A DNA stretch of 64,000 nt from Carpediemonas membranifera BICM (lineage: Eukaryota; Protista; Fornicata), in NCBI GenBank assembly GCA_019828565.1, contig JAHDYR010000012.1, positions 310,001 through 374,000 on the forward strand, given 5' to 3'. Position 1 is the stretch's first letter, and each line of letters begins with the position of its first letter. Position numbers and translations under genes: made by a program. This document shows, in pieces, positions 20,991 through 29,785 of the stretch. The notes below the pieces were generated by a model that searched no databases, was not told where the DNA came from, and worked only from the letters and a program-made list of their open reading frames with translations.

Positions 20991-21527
20991 TCACTTCTTA
21001 AACGGCATGAAGTCGTCCGCGGGCTTCTTGTCGACCTTGAACACCCTACGCGCTTCCTCCTCGTCTATCTCGTCGTACTCGTCGCTGCTCTCGCTCTCGC
21101 TGCCGCTGTCGCCGTCAGTTTCGTTTTCGCTGGACTCCTCCTGTTCCTCCTGGGGCAGGATGATCTGCTCCAGGTCAAGCTTCACGGCGCGCTTGATGGA
21201 CTGCACCTTGCCGCCGACCATGTTCTTCTCCACACGGGACGGGAGCTCGGCGTAGCGGCGGAAGAGCTGGCGGATCTGGCCAGGAGACTTCTGGTACTTG
21301 TTCAGCTTGATGTCAGCAGCCATATGATCGAAATCATAGTTGTATTTCGCGTGGCAGCGCTCCACAAAGCTGACCACGCCGTCGGGAATGTGTCTGGTCT
21401 TGTTTCTGTTGAGTTTGAAGACGGGGACGTCATCATCATCAACGAACTTGCTCCCAGCCTTCTCTGCGACCTTCGCGTAGTAATCAGCCGGCTTCAAGGT
21501 GATGCGCTTGCCCTTAACCTTGCCCAT
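20991..21527 (-). CDS. NOP16: Nucleolar protein 16 (ribosome biogenesis)
   Basis: KYNYDFDHMAADIKLNKYQKSPGQIRQ matches the Nop16 signature (KHG.DY.AMA.D.K.N..Q.T..Q). Confidence 0.8.
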   Translation of the reverse strand: MGKVKGKRITLKPADYYAKVAEKAGSKFVDDDDVPVFKLNRNKTRHIPDGVVSFVERCHAKYNYDFDHMAADIKLNKYQKSPGQIRQLFRRYAELPSRVEKNMVGGKVQSIKRAVKLDLEQIILPQEEQEESSENETDGDSGSESESSDEYDEIDEEEARRVFKVDKKPADDFMPFKK

Positions 21528-21736
21528 CGACGTTGACTTTGTATATTCCGCGTACTTTGTGGAAAGCGCATGACACCAAATGAGTCAACCTGCTCCGAGA
21601 GCTCCCCCATATGCATCCCCATCCTCCCACTACCATCCATACATCATGCTACGGCGCGTTAACCGCGACGCAAGGTTACCCCAAACTCCCATGCGACGGC
21701 CATCCAAAACCCGTCCTTTATCATTCCCATCAATCA

Positions 21737-22192
21737 TTAGTTGTCTTGGCTCATGTAGTTCTTGAGCATCGCATCGATGGCGTCCGGCGCGAGGACGGGG
21801 TGGTCCTTCCGATCCCGGCGCTCCTTCTTTTCTTTGGGCGCCTTATCCCTCTTGAGAATGGCAGGTGCAAGCTTCACAGATGCCTTCTTGCCCTTCTGCT
21901 TCTCCACAGCCTTCTTCTTGTCGGCCTTGGGCGTGCGGCTCTTGGGCGTCACTTGCTTCGGCTGCTCCTTCTTCGCAGCAGTAGAGCGCTGATTGGAGCG
22001 TGCGTTTGTGTTCTTCACTTGTTGTACGGGCTTTCTGGGCTCTCTCTTGGGCTGCTCAACGACAGGAGTCGCCAGCTTCACGCTGATGACGCGTTGTTCC
22101 TCTGCAAACGCGACAGGGACAGGCTTCTTTGTAATCTTGCTTTTCTCGGGCGCCACTTTGCGGGAATCCTTCTCGCCTCTGTTCCTGGCCAT
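21737..22192 (-). CDS. Lys-rich protein with C-terminal Chtop/ALYREF-like UAP56-binding motif
   Basis: Basic low-complexity body; ends DAIDAMLKNYMSQDN (resembles LD..LD.YM). Confidence 0.5.
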   Translation of the reverse strand: MARNRGEKDSRKVAPEKSKITKKPVPVAFAEEQRVISVKLATPVVEQPKREPRKPVQQVKNTNARSNQRSTAAKKEQPKQVTPKSRTPKADKKKAVEKQKGKKASVKLAPAILKRDKAPKEKKERRDRKDHPVLAPDAIDAMLKNYMSQDN

Positions 22193-22348
22193 CGGTGGGG
22201 AAATGGCCCGACTCGGGTGAGTCAGATCAGTGGCGCCGATTGAGCGGTAAAGCCGTGCTGAATACACGCGTACACATCACGGTGTGCCGATTTGTCGTTC
22301 CGGGCGGCCGGAATGAATGATTTGACATAAAATGCACCATCAACATCG

Positions 22349-23101
22349 ATGCCTCAAAAGCGAGGAGGAGAGGGGAAATCGACAGTTTACCAGAACCCTG
22401 TGCCTAAAGTTGCCAAGAAACGCACAATTCAGCATGACATTAACGATAGAATCAGGCATCAGGCGGACATTCATGACGAGTTTGAAAGGAGCATCAATGT
22501 CACTGCCTCTCTGGTAGACTCAATCAATGTGGGGCGCAACTCGCTATCTGAATTGCTCCAGGACGTCTCAGCGTTCCAGGCGGTCTTTCCAGAGGTTGAG
22601 CGGCTGTCAGCAGACGTCGGCGACATTTTCCGCCGCCTCCAAGACCTGGAGAAGGGCATGTCCGAGCTTTTCTCCCTCAACAACAGGAACCAGCTCCTCA
22701 GAGGCGAGGTGGACTCCCTCCGGGTCATCCGGGACCGTATTCACCAGGCCGAGCTCGACAGGGCGGCGGGGGATAGCGAGATCGCTGGCCTGGAGCGGCA
22801 GGTGGTGCTTACACAGGAGCGGCTGGCGAGGTTTACGGCAGGAGTGGAGGACCGCAAGCGGAGGGAGAAGGGCGTGTCGGGGCGAGTAACCCTGACCGAC
22901 AGGCTCGAGGTCGCCGCGACAAGGCTGCCTAAGGTGCCCAAGGCTCTCCCGCTGCCAGGCAAGTCGAAGAAGAAGGGGGGCGACGTCGACCTACTGGAGC
23001 TGGCGCCACCCGCCCCAAAGCCGAAGAAGCGGGGGGGCAAGAGCGCGGACGATGAGTTCGCGGCGCTAGAGAGCCTGCTGATAGGGCAGATGAAGAAGTA
23101 A
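22349..23101 (+). CDS. Hypothetical coiled-coil protein, 250 aa
   Basis: ATG-started ORF with heptad pattern and host-like codon usage. Confidence 0.7.
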   Translation: MPQKRGGEGKSTVYQNPVPKVAKKRTIQHDINDRIRHQADIHDEFERSINVTASLVDSINVGRNSLSELLQDVSAFQAVFPEVERLSADVGDIFRRLQDLEKGMSELFSLNNRNQLLRGEVDSLRVIRDRIHQAELDRAAGDSEIAGLERQVVLTQERLARFTAGVEDRKRREKGVSGRVTLTDRLEVAATRLPKVPKALPLPGKSKKKGGDVDLLELAPPAPKPKKRGGKSADDEFAALESLLIGQMKK

Positions 23102-23250
23102 ACGTTAGGCCGGAGTGGCGGTGTCGACCTCATCCCGCGGGACTCGTCCGTCTTTGCATCAAGTTCTCGGTCACAAAGGACAGAATGTCAGAACAACACC
23201 CTAGCAACACAATTATTCCCAGTCATTCTTTCTCCACTCGTATATTTACT

Positions 23251-24948
23251 TCAGAACGCTGATGATTGAGGGGTTGGGTCGACGTCGACGGAAATGATGC
23301 TTTCATGCCGCGTGGGCTCCTTGTGCGCAACCAACTCAGCCGCCCCATCTGAATCACCTGCCACCCTGAACCACTGGCCGGCCGAGTCGCGGAAGAGGGG
23401 ATAGTATTCACTGTCGAAGGCTGTCACCTCAATAGAATATGGATGAACATCTGCCCTCGAATCACAGTAGTGGGTGACGCCCTCGGTCACCCAGAGAATA
23501 TGCCCAGCGTCATAGAAGAACCCCTTGACTCTCTCCGGGAACCGGAGCGGGGTAGGTGTGAGGCAGAGGTCGCGTTCGCCGAACCCAGGCAGCAGTCCCG
23601 CCTGGGCGATAGAACGGGGAACTTCACCAGCGAAGAGCAGCTGGTGGCCGCTGAGGAATACACGGAAGGATCTGTCTTCAGAATTCAAGAGACGGTCGAC
23701 CTTGAAGGGCAGCTCCTCGAACCCTTCCATCATATTCTTGTGCCCGAGCCCCAGCTGGCCATAATTGTTGCTTCCGCTGATAATCTGCCGATCGCCCATG
23801 GTGAGGATGACAGTGTCGTCCTCGTGCATAATGTGATCTGGGACAAAGCCAGACGGCACAGCGACTGGGTGGAAGTGGTGCTCGTTCTCCACCTCAACTG
23901 CGCCGGCATACCAGTTAACTCTGTGGCCGGCCATGACAGTGCCGGCTGGGGTGAATATGAACGTCTGAAAGGTTTTCATCGACACATCAGTCACCATCCT
24001 GTGCTTCTCCCAGGCGAGCAGGCTGGCCTCGAGCTCGGCGACCTTGGGGCAGGTTGGGAAGGTGAGGCGGGTCGGGTCGACGAACTCGGTAAATGATGAT
24101 TCGAACCCCAGCTGACCATAAAAGCTATGCCCCCAGCCCCACAGGCCCTTGGGTGTTCTGGCGATGTGGGTGAACTTTTCGCTGAAGACCTCGAGGGCCC
24201 TGGGCACCCTGGCTCTGGTGAGGACGGGCCAGCTGCTGTAGTCATCATCGTGATAGTAGTCGGAATAGTCGGAGTCGTATGAGGGGTCATCGTCTTCGAC
24301 AGCGTAAAATATGTATAGGCGGCCCATGTACATGCAATGGTGGTAGAGCAGGTCTCGGAAAGAGTACGTATAGCTCTCGCCGTCCTTCTCGGCGACGTTC
24401 AGCGAGAAGAAGAACTTGCGGCAGAGGAACCAGAGGCACTTGGCCTCGGAAGTGAGAGCATCACAGATCATGCGATGTATGTGACTCATACATGGCGCCT
24501 CCTGTTCAGCTTTCTGCAGCACCCTGTCCTCGAGGTCGGGGTTGGCCCCAGCTGTTATCATCACGGCCCACAGCGTGCCCTGGAGCAGGGTGTGTAGGGC
24601 AACCGGGAGCTCCTGTCCGTCTTCCAGCTCGACGTTCATAGACAGCGGGGGGCCGTCTGTGAGGATCGAGCGGGCGCGATCGAGGAGGGCCTGTGCCTTG
24701 GGCTTGAGCGTGGGGATGCCGTTGAGCAGGGCGAGTAGCTCCTCGCGAGTGCTGTCGTCGAAGGAGTCGTCGACTGGCTCAGCGGAGACCCTCTCGGCGG
24801 GCATGATCTTGCCGAAATGTCTGGAGTAGGCGTGTCGGAGCAGCGAGGGGATGTCCCCGGCGATGGAGGCCGTTACGGTGAACGAGGCGCGGAATGCGGA
24901 GATAAGTGCATCTCTCGCATCTATAGGCGAGGAACTTTCGCTGCTCAT
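23251..24948 (-). CDS. RCC1/BLIP-II-like repeat protein, 565 aa
   Basis: GLWGWGHSFYGQLGF and SGSNNYGQLGLGH RCC1-type motifs. Confidence 0.8.
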   Translation of the reverse strand: MSSESSSPIDARDALISAFRASFTVTASIAGDIPSLLRHAYSRHFGKIMPAERVSAEPVDDSFDDSTREELLALLNGIPTLKPKAQALLDRARSILTDGPPLSMNVELEDGQELPVALHTLLQGTLWAVMITAGANPDLEDRVLQKAEQEAPCMSHIHRMICDALTSEAKCLWFLCRKFFFSLNVAEKDGESYTYSFRDLLYHHCMYMGRLYIFYAVEDDDPSYDSDYSDYYHDDDYSSWPVLTRARVPRALEVFSEKFTHIARTPKGLWGWGHSFYGQLGFESSFTEFVDPTRLTFPTCPKVAELEASLLAWEKHRMVTDVSMKTFQTFIFTPAGTVMAGHRVNWYAGAVEVENEHHFHPVAVPSGFVPDHIMHEDDTVILTMGDRQIISGSNNYGQLGLGHKNMMEGFEELPFKVDRLLNSEDRSFRVFLSGHQLLFAGEVPRSIAQAGLLPGFGERDLCLTPTPLRFPERVKGFFYDAGHILWVTEGVTHYCDSRADVHPYSIEVTAFDSEYYPLFRDSAGQWFRVAGDSDGAAELVAHKEPTRHESIISVDVDPTPQSSAF

Positions 24949-25011
24949 CGTTTCCAGCGCTCAGTTCTGTGGATGCCAAACTTCTATCTTCTTCTTTACA
25001 TTCCTGCGTCC

Positions 25012-25677
25012 TCACACGTATATGCCGCGCTCAGTGGCCTGGGTCACCGCCTTCAACCGTCCCCTGGCCTCCTCGTCCATCAACTTAGGGTGGCTGAAGA
25101 ACTCGGCCGGCCCCGAGGTCGCCAGCACCGCCTCGAACGGCACCCCGGCCGCGAGGGCCCGTTCGACGAGAGCTGCTGCTAGTCCCGTCCCGATGGTCGC
25201 CGCGGGGGCGGGTGTGCACTCGCCCGTGTCGTTGAGGGTGATGCTGAGTGGCCCCTCGAGCTCTGAGTGCGGGGCAACGGTGTGGTGGTCGTCGAGCACG
25301 GTGACGGTGGCGGGGCGCATCGCGAGGAGGCGGGTGGCCATGATATTGCACTGGTACTGGTCGGGTGCTGTGCCGCGAGCAATGAGGGGCTGGCAAACCA
25401 TGGCAACGGCTCGGCCGCTGATGGTGGCGGCAAGGAGTCTGAAATGCGTCTGTCCGAAGGAGCCAACAGTCTTGGCGCCCTCAAACGATGCTGCCCAGTT
25501 GTGAGCTGTCTTAGAACAGCAAGCAATGAGGTCCTTTCCCTTCACTAAGCCGTCTTCGCCCTTGAAATCGACTTCGGACTGCTTCCGTGTCTCAGTCTCG
25601 AGCTCATCGCCGTTTCCGTTGGCATCGTCCCAGTTCAGACCATCGTGGGGCTCATTGATTCCAAATACATCTTCCAT
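25012..25677 (-). CDS. Putative proteasome assembly chaperone 1 (PAC1/PSMG1-like)
   Basis: N-terminal F-G plus acidic stretch, central C..VTVL and G.AAAL pattern, C-terminal HbYX motif (GIYV). Confidence 0.55.
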   Translation of the reverse strand: MEDVFGINEPHDGLNWDDANGNGDELETETRKQSEVDFKGEDGLVKGKDLIACCSKTAHNWAASFEGAKTVGSFGQTHFRLLAATISGRAVAMVCQPLIARGTAPDQYQCNIMATRLLAMRPATVTVLDDHHTVAPHSELEGPLSITLNDTGECTPAPAATIGTGLAAALVERALAAGVPFEAVLATSGPAEFFSHPKLMDEEARGRLKAVTQATERGIYV

Positions 25678-25846
25678 TGTGTCGGTTAGAGTTGTAGCGC
25701 CTGTTGACAACGCTTCAATCGATCGACTCCAGCAAGTCAGGTCCCGGCGACCAGGGGCCCAGCGGGCTGGTAGTGCTGCATCGTGTCGTCCCAGGACTGG
25801 CGGGATGCCCGGGCAGGCCCGCACTTGGCCAAGAAAATGATCTCAA

Positions 25847-26389
25847 TCATTCATTCGACTTCAACGACTCAGACAAGCACTTGAGCGTCGCATCGATCAG
25901 AGAGTGCTTGTGAGCTGGACACAGCTACTGTAGCAGCCCTTGGTTCACGCAAACCTGCCAGCCAGAGTCTGATGCCTCATCCCCAAGAGTGAGTCCCTCG
26001 AAAGTGGCGATGGTGTTCATGGCGGCGTTGGCTTCAGTGCACAGCTTGGACAAACTTTAGCACGAGGCCAGGGTGTTCTGCAGGTCGAACAGTGTCAGGT
26101 TGAGTTCAGAAATGATCGCGTTGACATCGAAGACAACCCGGTCGACCCTGAACTTGCCATTGGTCAGGATAGCCGTGGTGGTTGGGTCGGCGATGGTGGC
26201 AGTGGAGATACTCAACACTACGCGTGATTACATGTCCGCGCCGATCGTGCCAACTGAGAGCGTCTGGTCACACGGTTCATCGATCTCTCGCAGACGCAGT
26301 TTCTCCTCCCAAATACACAGATACACGCTCAATACCTGATCTACCTCCTCCCAGATCTCGCCGACCACCCCCTCGTCGAGATCAACGCG
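25847..26389 (-). pseudogene. Protein-like 180-codon frame with three internal stops
   Basis: One frame with TAA at 26228-30, TAA at 26057-59, TAG at 25925-27 and terminal TGA at 25847-49; coding-like composition. Confidence 0.5.
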
Positions 26390-26668
26390 TCAACTGTTCT
26401 GTCGACTTCTTTGACTATCTCAACTCCAACATCATGCCACGTCCCCGGTCTGCTTTTCATCTCTATTGCTGATGAGGGCGACCCGATGAAGCTGACAGAC
26501 CGACCAGTCGGGGAAGTCGATAACCTCATTGGTTAATGCTATGCAATTTAGACGGTCGGCCGGGTCGACCCGCCGAGCATACTCTTCTTGGCAACCTCGC
26601 GGTTCCATAGTAAGAAGCGGCAAGGGCTGGCCAACACATGGCAGTCAATAATTTACGTATACATGTAT

Positions 26669-27616
26669 CTACTCCATCTCGCTGTCCATATCGTCGCCGA
26701 TCTTCATGCTCTTATCGTACTCCTCCTTGCGTCTAAGGAGGAAACTCTCAACACCGTCAAGAATGACGTCGTTGTAGTTATTGAGGTCGATGTTGAGCTC
26801 GTCCTCAGAGTCTGCTGGGACGCCCAGGATCTCAAGCAGCTTCATCGAGTCGGCGTCGGTCATGTACTCACCGAACGCGTTCAGCTTGTCCGTCAACAGG
26901 CTGATGCGCTGGTCCCTCGTCATCACGGGCTGCACGGGCGCCGGGGTGGGTAGCTTCGGTGTCTTGGCCGCCTTTGGTTTTGGTGCCGGCGTGGGTGCGG
27001 CGGGTTTACGGGCCACGAGGATCTCACCGGGCCTGACGTCGCCAAGGAGGGGCTTCATCTTGAGGCCCCAGAGCAGGTCGAACACCTTGCCCAGGGAGAT
27101 CGCCCGGACGTGGACAACGTGCTTGGGCGATCTGTTAAAGGTCGTGGCGTTGTTAACCACCTTGTAGAGCCCGTCGATGATGTCCTGCAGGCTGTCGAGC
27201 CCGTGCACGGGGTCCTCCTTCGTGTCGATCCTCCCCCTGAGCGTGGTCAGGTCCATACGGTCAGTAATGACCCTATCGTACTCGGGGATGTTCAGCTTGA
27301 CCGTGTCGACGGGGTATCGGAACCATTCGAAGAGCTTGTTGAAGCACAGCGAGTCTATGATGTCCCGGGCCGTCAGCCAGATCTCCGTGTCATCCCTGGT
27401 GGACGTGCGGGCCCTCTTGGTGCTCTTAACTGCGTGCTCCTCCTGAAGTCTGGACTGTGGCAGAGAATCAACGTCAAACAGCTCTTCGTGCGAGGGAAAG
27501 GGGATTTCCTTCATGGAAGCCTTGCCCTTCGTCTGCATAGCGGAATACACATCGGTTAAATACTGTTCCCACCATTGAAGAAAGTGTACGCGGGTTTCAA
27601 TCGCCTTTTCCTCCAT
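26669..27616 (-). CDS. Bromodomain + ET-domain protein (BET/GTE-like)
   Basis: WFRYPVD...IPEYDRVITDRMDLTTL...NATTFN bromodomain; MTRDQRISL...ELNIDLN ET domain. Confidence 0.85.
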   Translation of the reverse strand: MEEKAIETRVHFLQWWEQYLTDVYSAMQTKGKASMKEIPFPSHEELFDVDSLPQSRLQEEHAVKSTKRARTSTRDDTEIWLTARDIIDSLCFNKLFEWFRYPVDTVKLNIPEYDRVITDRMDLTTLRGRIDTKEDPVHGLDSLQDIIDGLYKVVNNATTFNRSPKHVVHVRAISLGKVFDLLWGLKMKPLLGDVRPGEILVARKPAAPTPAPKPKAAKTPKLPTPAPVQPVMTRDQRISLLTDKLNAFGEYMTDADSMKLLEILGVPADSEDELNIDLNNYNDVILDGVESFLLRRKEEYDKSMKIGDDMDSEME

Positions 27617-27765
27617 ACAGCAGATTTCTGTACTAAAAGTGCGTAATCGCATGACAGACTTGGGAATGCAACATAGATGATTTAATGTCTAGCAGGGTGG
27701 CCCGATGCGATTCAAATGACCAGGTGCAGTTTAAGACTGGCACGACTGAGTAAGATGATAGAGAT

Positions 27766-27853
27766 GCCAATCTCAGTAAACACTTATCTCCACATGGTGT
27801 TAGTGTCGTTTGGGTCATCGGAAGACCGTCGTGTTATGTTCATCAGATTTGGC
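27766..27853 (-). ncRNA. C/D box snoRNA, SNORD35/snR73-like, copy 1
   Basis: Box C TGATGA (27840-45), D' CCGA (27818-21), box D CTGA (27773-76), terminal stem gccaa/ttggc. Guide is antisense to LSU rRNA AGACCGUCGUG. Confidence 0.85.
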
Positions 27854-27992
27854 GTGGGACAAACGTCTGTTCGGGCTTGGGTCAACAAGAGCTCAAGATG
27901 AGGTCATTGCACTGAGGAGCCCATTGCAGCTGAGAATCGCTGCATAGTTAGCTGAGAGAGGAAAGAACTTTGCCTGTATTAGAAATGTGAGT

Positions 27993-28080
27993 CGCAAGAT
28001 CAGTAACACTGTGCTCCACATAGTATTAGTGTCGTTTGGGTCATCGGAAGACCGTCGTGTTATATTCATCACCTTTTGCG
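27993..28080 (-). ncRNA. C/D box snoRNA, SNORD35/snR73-like, copy 2
   Basis: GTGATGA (28066-72), the same guide and D' box, CTGA (28000-03), terminal stem cgcaa/ttgcg. Confidence 0.85.
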
Positions 28081-28252
28081 CGTGTACAAACGATGAGGGT
28101 TGATGTTCAAGCCATCGACGTTGTCTGCAAGTTTGTTGCAAAACCCGCGATTGGCAAAAATGGTCAATTGTCAACTGGCGAATGTGGAGCAAAAGGAGGC
28201 CTCTTCACCACATAACGCCGTCAACCAACCACCTGGAAAGAGAATAAACACT

Positions 28253-29503
28253 TTACTCATCCTTCTTCTCCGCCTCCGCGGCCTGCCCCGCGCTGCGAGT
28301 GGTCGCCATCGCGTTGGCTCTCGCGCCGCACACGATGCGGAGGATGCTGAAGCAAAGCCCGATAGTGGTTGTCAGCAGGATGGCCGTCGTCACAACGGGG
28401 TACTCCCCCGCGAGCATGGCCAGCTCCATGAGGTACACCTTCCACTGGGGCAGCCCATGGCGGGGGTGCGCGTCGGGCATCAGCATCTCCTCGATGGCAC
28501 CGCTGGCGATGGCCTCGACAACATCGGCCAGATCCTTGTGCGAAAGTGACTTCTGGGTGATGAAGCGGTTGTTCTCGATGTTGAGGACAAGGAGCGCGGG
28601 CATCTCGTCCACATCAATGCCGTACCGCCCGACAAACGGGGCCCATGCGACGCCGTTGATCCAGGAAGAGACGAACATGTGCTCGTACTGCTCGGCGATG
28701 GCCCTGAGCGTGCTCTTGAAGGGGACGGTGTAGGGCTCCTGGGGGTCGATGCACCCGATAAGCATGCGGCGGCCGGGCGCCTGGGCCATCGCCTGGAAGT
28801 TGTCACGGCCCAGCTCGGGCATGACCTGGAAGCGCTTAACCTCGAAGAAGCCGAGGACTCCCTCGGGGGTGAGGTCCTCGTCAAAGGATTCAAGCCGGTT
28901 CTCGCGGGAGACTACCAGCTTGAGGCCAGCCTTGCCGGTAAAGATGTCGAAGTCGTACTCGGTGAGGCCGACAGTGAGCGTCTCGCCCTTGTAGACGGCT
29001 GCGGCATGGGACACCATCTTGAGCTCCACTTCAGTAGCGTCGAGGTTGACGACGAAGAACACGTCATGGCCAGCGGTCAGCGTATCGATGCCGCCAGTCT
29101 TCTCGAGGGTGGACTCGACGATCTCAGGGCCGGCGAGGCGCTGGGCCCAAGAAGTAATGGCCTGCGCGTCTCTTGCACCTTGGTAGTCGATAGGGAGGAC
29201 GTTCTGCTCGTAGTAGCGCGTGGTGGGGTAGCCACGGACCATGTGCTTGTGGCACAGCTTCTCGTTGTCTTCACAGTTGACGGAGTAGACGGCGATGTCG
29301 GTCCCGTCGAGCATCTCGGCAACAGTCTCAAACACGGGAGCGTAGGCCTGGCAGTGGGGGCACCAGCCGGCATAGAACTTCACGACCGAAGGTCCGTGGG
29401 CAACAACTGAGAAATCATCATCAGGAGTGAACTCCACAAGCTCAGCAACGACAGCGGGGGCAATAACGAGCGCGAGTAGCGCAAAAAGACAAAGTCTGTT
29501 CAT
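28253..29503 (-). CDS. TMX3-like membrane protein disulfide isomerase
   Basis: Signal peptide, WCPHC thioredoxin domain, b/b' domains, C-terminal TM and KKDE dilysine ER-retrieval tail. Confidence 0.85.
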   Translation of the reverse strand: MNRLCLFALLALVIAPAVVAELVEFTPDDDFSVVAHGPSVVKFYAGWCPHCQAYAPVFETVAEMLDGTDIAVYSVNCEDNEKLCHKHMVRGYPTTRYYEQNVLPIDYQGARDAQAITSWAQRLAGPEIVESTLEKTGGIDTLTAGHDVFFVVNLDATEVELKMVSHAAAVYKGETLTVGLTEYDFDIFTGKAGLKLVVSRENRLESFDEDLTPEGVLGFFEVKRFQVMPELGRDNFQAMAQAPGRRMLIGCIDPQEPYTVPFKSTLRAIAEQYEHMFVSSWINGVAWAPFVGRYGIDVDEMPALLVLNIENNRFITQKSLSHKDLADVVEAIASGAIEEMLMPDAHPRHGLPQWKVYLMELAMLAGEYPVVTTAILLTTTIGLCFSILRIVCGARANAMATTRSAGQAAEAEKKDE

Positions 29504-29785
29504 AATGGGTTTGTAGTTATTCTGTTCTGTTCAGATTACTTGAGACAGCTTGGAACCCGAGAACCAAGATAAGTCTGCCTTCGCGCAGTTTATGTAATTT
29601 TGCGAAATTTAAGGCATTTGATTGTCCATTGCCATGTTGGCCGATATTCACAAACGACGGTGTGCAGAGTATATCAATACATACATAAGTCGCATCAAGC
29701 CTGTCAGCGCGTGACGAACACCCAGCCAAACATGGCCGCTGATAGCATTCACATCAACTCACATCAAACCATTTACTATGACACT

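Noticed and set aside
27773-28071. Direct repeats as a CRISPR array or solo-LTR pair
   Set aside because: Only two ~70-nt copies in a eukaryote; fully explained by C/D boxes and an rRNA guide.
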